A stretch of DNA of 63,377 nucleotides, the filler included, from Intoshia linei (lineage: Eukaryota > Animalia > Orthonectida): NCBI GenBank assembly GCA_001642005.1. It is 9 parts of 9 records of this genome, joined end to end, with 100 filler letters (N's around TTAATTAATTAA, not from the genome) between each part and the next. Parts side by side here need not be neighbours in the genome. Positions count along the whole stretch, not along the records: positions 1 to 7,889 come from LWCA01001510.1; positions 7,990 to 24,540 come from LWCA01000863.1; 7 more parts are not named here. One strand, 5' to 3'. The stretch's first letter is position 1, and each line of letters starts with the position of its first letter. Positions 1-11,900 of the stretch are shown here, piece by piece. The position numbers and the translations under genes were made by a program. The notes beneath the pieces were generated by a model. The model was not told where the DNA came from and searched no databases. It saw only the letters and a list, made by a program, of their open reading frames with translations.

Positions 1-408
1 TATGTGTGTTAACATGATACAACTCTACCACTTGTAAATTTTTTGAAATTCTAGGGCTATTTTCATTAAAAAAAGAGGGTAATTTGGGGTTTTGCCCTAA
101 AGATATAATTTTTTTATATTTAAATCTATGATAATGTTTATGATTTTACAATCCGCATCAGGGTATATATTATTTTAAATTCTCCAACTCGTTTGATTTT
201 CCAAAATAGGGACAACAGGGGTTTTTGACTCTTAAGATGTGAAATTGGAAGGTTGAAATTTATCTTATTATACGTCCCGGAAAAAACTGTAATTGAAATG
301 TGGATCTTTAAAAAATTTTAAAAATGCTAGTTATTTTCTTAAAGTCAGACACAGACACACACACACACACACAAACAAAAATCGCGTAACCTTTTATATA
401 AGTTAGGA
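1..408 (-). mobile_element. Non-autonomous Helitron-like repeat, 5' portion
   Basis: The minus strand begins A|TCCTAACTTATATAA followed by a (TG)n microsatellite. The same ~400 bp sequence recurs at 33004-33310 (+) and 46465-46707 (-). A TC start after a host A plus a microsatellite resembles invertebrate Helitron 5' ends. Confidence 0.6.
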
Positions 409-635
409 TATTATTTTATGTTTTCGAATTTAAACATTGTTTATAAAGAAGTAATATTTTTTAACAAGTGCCAGTTTATTTGGCACGGCACCGTATATGT
501 GCAAAATATACATATTTAAATATTCCCATCGGAAGATTATACAAATTACAAGTCAAGCTAGTCAATACATAATTTATATCTGAAAAGTAAATATAAGCAT
601 TAGTTGTAAAAAATACATTAAAAATTTACTTTAAA

Positions 636-1602
636 TTATATTTTTCTCTGACAAAAGTTTCACGTAATTTATACAACTGGGTGATATCTGTATACTATTT
701 AGGATTCTGTATCAAAATATCTAACAGTTGATTAATATGTTGTATAGCTTTATCTTTACAATCTTGTGATATGTCATCGTCTACCAAATCTACGTCTAAA
801 AATTTAAAATTTACACTAAAATTTAGTCTAAATAAAATGATGCATTTAACCAAGTTAAATATAAAAATAATATAAATTCAGTCAAACCTGTAATAAAAAA
901 TTTTAAAATCTGCTTAAACATTAATAATAATAAAATTTTGATAGTAGCAAAAACAAAACACAAAAAATTACCGTAAATAGATTCAGTTTTTATAAATACA
1001 TTTTCAAATGTCATCTTTCTTTGTGAGGAAAAGAAAATTTCTTGGCTAAGTTTATTATCATCTATCGGTACCATATATTCCGCTATATTATTAATGAGAG
1101 CGATTGGAATGGTTTGATTATATTCAACAGCATTTGAATTACCAGTTGAGTTTAAGTTTGAATTAGATATATAGTGTTCAAATTGAGGCGTAATAAATTG
1201 TTCCTTTTATTTTTTCGGCTGATATTTTATATTATTATTATTCCTTATTATATTATCAAAAATCAAGTGATTTCGTTTTTTATATCTATTGAGCCATCCG
1301 GGACTAGCTCTAAAGTTGTGTGAACCATTGAATATTTTATTTAAATTGAGAGCTTCAGTCTGAACATCACTTCTATGAATTTTATCACCATCTTTCTTTT
1401 TTTCTACATACCATTTGTACAACTCATTTTCAATTTCAGTGTGATATCAGTGCTATGATTTCGTCTTTGAGTTTTCACACCTGCATTAATAATACATGAG
1501 TGATTAAAAAATTTTTTGCTACTTGTGTTGGATTTTCATTTTTTTCTAGTGCCTTTATAATATCCTTTTTTTAGTCAGTGTTAAGAACGTTTTATTAGTC
1601 AT
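636..1602 (-). pseudogene. Jerky/TIGD (CENP-B-type HTH, pogo-derived) gene, disrupted
   Basis: N-terminal psq-like helix (KDIIKALEKNENPTQVAKNF, frameshifted from the ATG at 1602) and HTH_CENPB motif KWY...ALNLNKIFNGSHNFRASPGWLNRYKKRN (1207-1422). The C-terminal segment carries an internal TAG. No DDE domain is visible. Confidence 0.6.
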
Positions 1603-1859
1603 AATTGAATATTTATTTTGTAATTTGTACAAAAAGTAAAATAAATTTAAATTTTATATTACCATAGTTATCTCACTAACACTACTCTATCACTAATGGA
1701 GATTCACTATCCATTAACCGTTATATTTTAACGATGAACGGTTTTACCTTTTTTTCGTTTTATTTTATTTTCTGAAAAAAAAAATTTTTTATTTTATTTA
1801 TTTATAAAATGACTTGGAATTTATATAAAAAACATTTATCATCAAATTTTATACTCATG

Positions 1860-1962
1860 TCTTTTCTCGATTATAAGCAGACCCCTGAAATACAAATTTT
1901 CAGTGAAATTTTTAACTAAATAAAATTTGAATATAAGAAGACTTCTTATAATCGAGAAAAGA
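1860..1962. mobile_element. pogo/Tigger-like MITE
   Basis: 18-bp inverted repeats TCTTTTCTCGATTATAAG / CTTATAATCGAGAAAAGA. Confidence 0.55.
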
Positions 1963-1984
1963 TAGTAGAGGCTTTAGTTTAGAG

Positions 1985-2052
1985 CAGTGTTTGGCAAACT
2001 TATTTCTAATGCGGGCCAAATTGGCCCACGGGCCATAGTTTGCCGAACGTTG
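1985..2052. mobile_element. 68-bp hAT (Charlie/Buster-type) MITE
   Basis: TIRs CAGTGTTTGGCAAACT / AGTTTGCCGAACGTTG with a perfect 8-bp TSD GTTTAGAG (1977-1984, 2053-2060) that has a central TA. Confidence 0.85.
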
Positions 2053-2854
2053 GTTTAGAGCCATAAATAAACCAACCTTTAATGAAAAATTCCAATTTTA
2101 CCAACCCTTAAGGAAAAATTTAATTTTTACTTATTAAAACTTGCCAAATTACTATTTTTTAAAGTGGAATATTTTTGATCTTTTTATGCAATTTTATAAA
2201 TCTTAAGTAATTATACATTTATATAAATTCACTGTAATCCATACAATACATAAAATATACACTTTTCCAATTCAATAAAGGTAAAGGTAATAACAATTTA
2301 TCTAATGCAAAAAACTTCATAATTTTGTAAACTAAATGAGTGTCATGTTTGCATAAAGCAATCTAATTCAATACCCAAAATTAGTAGAGAGTGTGTTTTA
2401 GAATCGCATGGAATAGTTGATAAAAGTGGAATTTTCACTCTAGGTTTAGTAAAACTGGATTTTTCTATTTTGGTAGAGATTTAAAAAAATGTTAATGATT
2501 TTAAAATGTGTCCCAATACTTACATGTCTTTTTTAATTCTAGGGATGATTTTATTTTGAAGATATGAGTTATTAAGTTTTTGATCCTGAAAGACTTAATT
2601 GATAAAAATGGAATTTGCCATAAAGCATCACTGTTGAAAAATTGTATTAAAAATTTATAGCACTTTTAATTTTTTAATGAAACTGTAACACACACGGACA
2701 TTTAATTTTATTTAGTTAAGGATATTCGTTTTCATTTTTTAACAAAAAGTATTTTTCCATTATTTCATCATATTGACTCATTTTGTTATCTAAAATTTTA
2801 TTGAGGTGTGCGCATAAGTTTTCAAATATATAAAAAAATAATTGTGTAATTTAG

Positions 2855-4777
2855 GTCACTATTGTCCTGAACGAACAGAGGTTCCAATTTCTTGTATAGA
2901 AGGTTATTACAATGATCAGGTTGGATCAGTAAAGAGATCGGATTGTAAACCATGTCCAATTAACGAATTTTCTCCGATTAAAGGAAATGATAAATGTTAT
3001 AGTTGTGGTGGTAAAGCTTTCCAAACCAATATTGGACAGTCGACTTGCATTTGTTCTGAAAATACTAAAATTTTTCAAGTAATAATAATATTATCCATTT
3101 TATAATAATTTTTATATTTATTGTTATTATAGCACTTTTATGATTAATTAACTGTAACTGTAACTAATAATATGAGTCAATTCTTGGTACATTACATTCG
3201 TCATATGATATTATTCATATTCATATTGTTTAAGAGGTATGGAAAATAAATGATTAATTAATAAATATTTATGAAATCAACTTGACAAGAAAAATGGAAT
3301 AGATTAAAAAAGAGCATCCATCTTAAAAATATTTTGACACATCCCTGTAACTTTTATTGAAATGGAAATTAGTGTATCTATTGTGAAAACGATGTTGAGA
3401 TATTACATTCAAGTTTAACGGCAAATATGGATTTTTTTTTAATTTTAGTTTGTTATTAGTATTAGTTGTAGTTAGTATTTAGTTATTAATGTTTTCCACT
3501 ACTTGTATTTGAAAATTTTTAATGTGGTGAAACTTTCTTTTGTTAGTCATTTAGTTTATCAGATTTTTCGATTCTTAGTTTCCTTATTTATTATATAATT
3601 ATTAGCCGAGTGACAAGAGTTGTGTTTGTAAACAAGACTATAATTCAATAAAATCGGGATCAATTATCATCTGTTCAAAAAGAATATTCAGTATTTGTGG
3701 TTGGCAAGAATATCGAAATGAGTATGGTGAATGTTGGACTTTAAATCAGTGGAAGGATCATTGCAAATCTAAAGTAAATTATAATTATTCAATATTTAAT
3801 GAATCACATTTTAAATAACTTTAATATAATTTATGTTTTTGAACATGGAGGTGTAAATTGTATTCTGTGAATCAAATTTATGTTACGTTTTGCACACGAC
3901 AAAAAAACTTTGAATCTATTTTTTAAATATGACATTGGTCAGTTTTCTAAATAATGGTTAGTAAAACGAAAACCCATTATTAACAACTTTTATTTTATAC
4001 CAGCTTGACTGTTATGTACTTTGTCGAAAAAGCAGCTAGCTCTGCTAAAGGTCGCTTTTTAATTTTAAGACCGATTTTTTAATTCATTATAGAAAATCAG
4101 TGTATAATCTTAAATTCATCGAATTATAGTTACAACCCTATAAAATAATCATAAATAACCTGAATCCCAAAAAAATGAAATTTAAATACCTTTACTACAT
4201 ACTTTTTTTTACATCGTGCATTTCGGATGAAGATAGTAATTTATGGTTTTGACCCTGAAGATGTAAGTTTGTGACGTTGAGATTTACGACAATGTTAATG
4301 ATTTTAAAACACTTTCAAAAATGTAAACCTTCTAAAAGTATAGGGCTGATTTTATTTATAAAAAATAGGGGAAATTGGGTTTTTAACCATGAAGGACTCA
4401 ATTTTGGAAAATTAAATTTACGATAATTTATGATAACTTTCGAAAAGCGATATTTGAAATTTGATTTTTTAATTCTAGGACTGTTTTCATTTTTTAAATA
4501 AACGGTAATACATAAACCGACATTCAATTTTATATTAGTAAAAAATGATATATTTGAGTATAACTAGTAAGGATTATAATCAATGATTATTACATTTAGT
4601 ATAATATTTTTATTAATATTCTTTATTTATTTTATAATTTTTTTTGAATTACATAGGTTTGCATTCAAAAAAAGGCAGATTTTGTTAAATTTGACATACA
4701 TGCAGGAATATGTATTTGCGGAAACCAAAAATTGGACTCTATTTGTGATTTAAAATGTCGAATTCGTAGAGAAAATG
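2855..4777 (+). CDS. Internal exons of a large Cys-rich GCC2_GCC3 (ephrin-receptor-like repeat) protein
   Basis: Three phase-compatible GT-AG exons: 2855-3078 (GHYCPERTEVPISCIEGYYND...CKPCP), 3606-3773 (PSDKSCVCK...CWTLNQWKDHCKSK) and 4657-4777 (VC...GICICG...CDLKCR). The gene ends were not located. Confidence 0.75.
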
Positions 4778-6619
4778 GTTTATTTATAAATAATATATAC
4801 AAATGATCTTTTTCATACAGAGACAAACCTTCTAAGCTCTAGGTTCACCAGAAATGATAAATGAAAAATAGGTCCCTTAAAAAAATTTAGCAAACGACAC
4901 GTTGTGTCATATACCCCTTATCCACTTTTACAAGATTCTTTATTTGACATTTTAAATCTAGTTAGTAAACAAAATAATTATTATATTCAAGGTTATAACA
5001 TTTTTAATGTCTAATGAAACTTAGTTTTAATTTAGTTTCCCCGAAGTGGTCTCGGTACATTAATTATTTCATATCATATATCACAGTTTATGTATAGGTT
5101 CGGCACTCTTTATACACTGTCATATATTCCATATTATAATTTAATTGGTTTTGATATATTTATTTCATTTTACAGTCCAATTCTAATCCATTCTTATGAA
5201 ATCTTAAATTTAAATAAAATTTTTGAAAACCTCTCCATTTAAAAATTCAATCGCATTTAATTTAATTTATAAACTTTTGCATTAGATTTAGTATAGTAAC
5301 GCTATCATATATAATTAAAATATAAGTGCAATTTAAACCCCTTAAAAATTACAGATGATTAAAAAATATCACATCAAAACCTCCTTTCTCTAACTTTTAA
5401 GTTATCTGGAATCCCATTATAATGACATGTAATTGAACATTTTTTTCATACGTATAATTATCATATGCATAATGGACAAATTTATTTGTATTTTGAAACA
5501 GCCTACTTGAAAATTAAACAGTTTGGGTACCAATTAACAAAACATTTTCTAAAGGCTTTATTTCCAAATTGTGAAACAACTTAATTACTTTCATGATACA
5601 GGCTAATTCTTATTTAACAGAATTCCTTTATAACGAAATTCCTCGTTAACAGATAAAAATTCATGATTAACTGACTGAATTTTTCTAAAGTACATAAATT
5701 TTGTTAAATCGGCTTAAAATGACTAGCATCATAATTATAATAAAGCTTTTTGGGTTAAAATTAAAATATTTTGATACGTAACAAATTTTATTTTCTTCTT
5801 AATAAATAATGATAATAATGATTGATTATTAATTTATGAAATGAAATTACATGCAAACATAAATTAAGTTGAATAAATATCAAGATATTTTAATTTTTTC
5901 ATCGTTTTAATGCAGTGGTTCCCGGTTCAAATAGTGTACGGACCCCAATTAAAAATATTTCTTTTTTTGGAACCAAAGGGAAACATGAAATATAAATCAT
6001 TGATGAAAAAATAAAAGATTTTTCATCATAGGATTTAGTAAAATCGTGTTTCAAAACAATATTGGAAAAAGAGGATTTTTTTATTTAGGGTTTGTAAAAT
6101 TTCATTTCTTATTTTGGGTTTTGGATTAGGAAGTTGTTGTTTATAAGATATAATAAAATCGGATTTGTCAAAATAAAATTGGAAAAAGAGGATATTTTCC
6201 TTAAGCGTTGTTAATATTAGAGCAGGCGTGAGAGCGTTTATGTGCGGCCGTGGCCAATACATCTGATCATAATGCAATATATCATTTTACTTCAAATTGA
6301 AAAGTTAAAATGAGATTTTATTCAAGGTCTATTTAAAATATTTTAATCAAAAAGTTACATTCTTGACTTTGCCCCAGTTTCTCAAATGTTAGCGAAGAGC
6401 ACACAAAATCAAGGCAGTCACCGATATCTTTTTTTATGTCTTCCAATCTAATGTATCAACAACTCGGTTTTTAATGGAACTTTTTTCTGTTGTCCAATTA
6501 TTATTCATTATTTACCGAAAAATTAATCATTAATGTCTTTTCAAAAAAATATTATTAAAAAGAGATTTTTCAAATTTTTTTTGTATATCAGGTTTTTTCT
6601 TATCGAATCAGTCAGAAGA

Positions 6620-6860
6620 ATTATTGTTCTAAAAATTTGGTAAAATAGAATTTTTCATAAAAATATTGGTAAAAGCTATTTTTTTCCTTAAGGGTTGGTA
6701 AAATTTGGTTTTTTCTTTTGGAATCAGATAGGATCGTTTTTATTCTAAAACTTAGTTAAAAATGGATTTTTAAAAAAATATTGGTAAAAAGATTTCTGAT
6801 TTCTGATTTCTTCCTTAAGGATTGGTAAAATTTTGGTTTTTTCTCATAAGATTATATTAA
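6620..6860. repeat. Degenerate ~30-bp minisatellite
   Basis: Units such as TTTTCCTTAAGGGTTGGTAAAATTGG. The same family occurs at 2070-2130, 6060-6210, 31210-31480 and 38840-39260. Confidence 0.65.
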
Positions 6861-7889
6861 ATTGGATGATTTAATGAAATGTGTTGAAAATTGTAGATTC
6901 GCCTACAATCATCTAAATTTTCGTATTCACCCCATGAGAAGCACTACATTAATCCTACTATTGCTATTTATTCCGATTCAGATAAATGACAAATATAGTG
7001 TTAATATATAATTTATATTTATATACAGACCCGTACAAAAGTTTTAGGCACACCCTTTAAACGGCTATATTAAGATAACGATATGTCTATTCTTCTTAAA
7101 ATTTTGTTCAAGTGATTAAAATTCATAGATAATTATGTGCCAATTAACAAAATATGTAAAATGTACATTAAAACGATGGAAACAAAAAATTGTTAAAATA
7201 TGGTGTTAATATAATTTATATTTATATACAGACTCGTGCAAAAGTTTTAGGCACTTCTGAATAAAATGCAACATTTTTGAAGAAAAATTAAAAAAGAAAT
7301 TTATTATTGTTAATATCTGTGTAAAGTCCTGAAGAATATTATAAATCTTTAATTAACAATTAAATATTTCTAAGTCTTTGTAATCTTTCAAAGACGTTTA
7401 GAATCGTAAATAAAGAAAAATGTAAAACATAACTTTGTTATACAGATGTTAGTATACAACGTTACACCTCCCTTCCAGTATATGTGATGAAAGAAAAAAA
7501 ATTAGAGTGAGATATATATAGATATGTTTTAAGAATTGAAATAATTAATATCATAATAGAATAATTGAAGATTAATCAATTGATGAATCATATTTATCAT
7601 ATATATAGTTATTTTTAGATATGAGGGTGTTATAATTTTACGAGGTGGTCGTCCTGAATTAGTAGGAGTTTGATTAGTAATATCAAAATTCATATTTAGT
7701 GGATATAATAAGATCCATTATTCATATATTAATGTAATGGGTGACCCATTTGATGCGCTCTACGACGTTCACATTCCTCACGTTTGGTTAAATACTCCAT
7801 TCTCTATGGGTGGCTGATGATATATCGACTACTGCCAAACCATCGTACATTCCATCATAATTGGGAATATTACTTTGTGCAATATGTTT

Positions 7890-7989
7890 NNNNNNNNNNN
7901 NNNNNNNNNNNNNNNNNNNNNNNNNNNNNNNNNTTAATTAATTAANNNNNNNNNNNNNNNNNNNNNNNNNNNNNNNNNNNNNNNNNNNN
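7890..7989. other. Artificial contig linker
   Basis: N44-TTAATTAATTAA-N44, which places stop codons in all six frames. Identical linkers lie at 24541-24640, 46365-46464, 48996-49095, 56499-56598, 58953-59052, 60144-60243 and 62111-62210. Confidence 0.95.
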
Positions 7990-8992
7990 ATTTTATGTCT
8001 GCTAATCAAAACGAAAACTTTTGGATCCTGTCCTATCAGAAATTCATAAATATTGATATTATGTCCACCCTAATATATATCCATTTAATTATAAAAAAAC
8101 ATTAATAATAATATAATAATAAATTCTCACTTTGAATTTAATTGAAATTTTTCCTTTTATTTTGGATGTAATTATTCTTACATTGACTGTGACTATTCTT
8201 ACTTTGAATGTAAATATGATAATTTTCAAAATGAATTTATATTTTTATTTCAAAACTATATTATGGTTAAATGAACCTGCGAATAACATACGGATATTTT
8301 TTTAAATTTAAACTCAGATAATTTAAACTGAAAAAATTTAAATATTTTTCTTAAATATACACCTTAAACGTAAAAAAATATATTATAGGTCAGGGATGGG
8401 CAACTTTCTGTAATAGCGGGCCGGATTGTTATATAAAATAGATGTGTGGGCCGGACAAATAAATTTTAAGAATTTTTGGTTTGAATATATTTATTTTAAA
8501 TNTAATAATAATATAATAATAAATTCTCACTTTGAATTTAGTTGAAATTTTTCCTCTTATTTTGGATGTAATTATTCTTACATTGATAATATCTATTTTT
8601 ACATTCACTGTGATTATTGTTACTTTGAATGTAAATATGATAATTTTCAAAATGAATTTATATTTTTATTTCGAAACTATATTATGATTAAATAAACCTG
8701 CGAAATAACATGCTGATATTTTTAACAATTTAAACTCAGAAAATTCGAAATTATCAAAAAAGTTTTTCTTAAATATACATCTTAAACGTAAAAAATTATA
8801 TTATAAATAGTGCGATTCAACCATATTACGTTTTTTTAGACATCGGAATCGGCAAAATTTTACCATTTTTACGATTCATATTTTTCCCAATTTTTTCAAA
8901 AAATATAAAAAGTAATTGCAAAAAACACAAGTTTTTTTTACATAAAATTAAAATAAATTACATATGTACTATCGCTCAATAAAATAAAAAAA

Positions 8993-11900
8993 TTAAATTT
9001 TAATTGTAAAACTATAGTTATTTTCACCTCCTTCTTCCATTGAAGGTTTAATAGTCATCAGGGTTGGAGGTTCTATCTGTTCTCTAAAACAAAATAGAAT
9101 GTTTGGTACAGCTGGTCAGAAGTTCAAAATGTTCAAACATTATAATTTAAAATTATTTGGTTCTGGTATTAATTGATTAATTTTAATCATTTTTACTGTT
9201 TCCTAGTCGTTTATTTCGTAGTTCTATAAATTAGTTTATTTTTCTAATTAACATGTACAATAACAATATATAAACAAATAAAACTCGCAAAAATAGTATG
9301 ATTCAAAAGTATTTGGAATTGGCATCATTTAAAATTAAGGAATCGTCGCATCACTAATATGGATCACTTTGGTCACCTCATTTAGAGTGATTATTCAGAA
9401 AAGGTGAGAACCACTGTCTACTTAGACTAAGCATAGTAACTAATATAGTAATTAAACAGTGTTCAGTTATTTAGAATAAGATTTTTTTTCAATTTTCATT
9501 TGAACATAACAAAGATTTATTTAAATTTCAAATTGGTTGAAAAAATTTTATCTTAAATTTCAAAATTATTCAGATTATGGTGATCTAGCTCTAAATTAAT
9601 TAAAATCAAACGGTTTAATTTGAATTAACCTAATTCGAATGTTTTTATGTGGAGTTTTTTGTCTATGCTTCTTTTTATTTTTTCCCAATTTGAAATACTC
9701 ATCATCTTGATAAGTCATATATACATGTTGAACATCGGTTTCATCGACCTAATCATTAGTAATCAATGGTAATTTTTTACTAAGATAAAGAATAAAATGT
9801 ACACATTCTTCCTTGTCGGTTCTTTCACCTTCATTTGGTCTTCTAATGTTGTTTCCGGTATAAGCTATATATTTTAAATGCCATTCACCTACATCTTCGT
9901 TCCAAGTTGCATTGCTTTCAAGTAAATTCTATTTGTAAGTCAAACAAAATTAAATGTTAAAAACTTGATATTTTTGGGGAATAAATTGATCTATGACAAA
10001 CGAGGATATTTTTAAATCATGAGTTAATTCTTGAATATTGTCATTAAGTGATTCTACTTCTCTTTCGTGTTCCCGGTTTAAATCTTCAACCTATAATTAT
10101 ATTTAAATTAATATATACATGTATGTTAATTAATACAATTATAATTATTAACCATTTATTAAAAGAGATAATCCCCAAGAAAGAAAATTTGTCACCCAGT
10201 GATTTTTTATATAAAATTTATACTAATTTATTCCCCGTCACTAAGTTTAAAAATTACTTCTCCTTTAGCTATAGTTAATAAATCCCACAATTTTTTAAGT
10301 TTATTGGTTTTCCCTATTGCTTCTTCTTGTAGACTAGAATATTTTTCTTCAATATCGACTCTTTCTTGCTAAAAAATATGAAAATCAAATATAAACTCAA
10401 TGTATACTTCAATTTCTTTCAATTCAATTTGCAGTTTATCTCTTTTAGTTTCTCTGTTGTCTAAAACAGTCAACAAAATAGAAATATAGACTTACTCAAT
10501 TCAATTTCACTTTCAGCCAACAACTGAGCTTGTTTTTCAGCCTTTTCCAACAAATTTTCCCCTCCATATATAATTTTGCGTTCCATGGTTTTTAATTTTT
10601 CCTGTAAATTACGTTGTTCATTCCTAAAGAATATTGAATTTCAAAATATACATTTGAAACTTTGCACAATTTAATTCGCTTTCTTTCTTCAATAGGTCCA
10701 TTTTCACGTGTTCGATTTCATGCAATTCCAAGTCTTTTTGTTCCTTTAATTTGTCTTTATCTTTTTTAATTTCTTCTTCCATTTTTTGAATCATAAAAGT
10801 TTTAGATTTTCGTCTTTCTGTAAGTTAAATTTAAAATTCTTACATTAAAATCATTAAAAAGGTATTGTTACTTTTATTGTATCCTTCTTCATCTGTTGAA
10901 TATTCAGAGTCTTATAAATTTAATGTAATGTGCATAATGTCATTACGTTACCCTCATCTGATTGTCCCTGGATTTCTTTTTTTAAATTTTCAATTTCTTC
11001 TTGTAATTTTCTAAGTAATGCATCTTTTGGGTCTTCATTTATCCTTGCGTCATTTTTTATGTTTTTTGCTCTGTTTGCATATCGTAGTGTACTGATTGTT
11101 TCGTCATAATTAAAATCTGCCGGTCCAAAATTTGCAACCTATCATTTAATTATTTTACATACATTTTATAGGGTACCATGACAGTTTTAGAATTCCCGCC
11201 TAAAGAATCTTGTAAAAGTCTAGTTAGTTTTGAGTTTCGGTATGGAATATGAGAACTTTTACCGTCAACCAAAGCTGAAATCACATTTCCAAGCGTTGAT
11301 AAAGACAGACTAAATTTCAAAATTTAACAATGTGGTTTACAGGGTCTTCAACATTGTTCAGAAGGTAACTAAAATAAATTGTCACAAATTCCTATTTTTC
11401 CTGGATCAGCAAAAAATTATACAAACTGCAATTTGAAACGATAATATTTTTAAAATTCTATAGTTGGACCTCTTAATTTTTTAAATGAATGGTTACAGAC
11501 ACCAAGAAAACATTTTCAGCTATTTTATTTTACATCAAGATATAATTATAAAAAATTATTATAAATCTTGAATAACTACTTTATTTTTGTTGCTTCTTTC
11601 AAACGTTGACCACTGGCTCCCTAATTATAAAAATACATTTTATATTACATTTTTTAATTATACTGATTTTGATTGTCTTTCAGATCCCTAAAATAACATT
11701 ATTTAAATTTTAATTGTTATAAGTACGGCTAAATCGACTAAGTGTAGTTTTCCAACCCTTATACCAACCTTTCCAGTCAAATTTTTTTGACTGCATTCAA
11801 TAGTAATTGTAAATATTGCATGTGATCTTGATGAATGTTCATTCATGTTTGTTTTTCCGACAGATCCTAGAATTTGCAAATATAAAACAATTCTAACAAT

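Noticed and set aside
8090-8810. ~300-bp tandem duplication as a biological repeat
   Set aside because: The second copy starts at a lone N (8502), which suggests a scaffold overlap or haplotype join.
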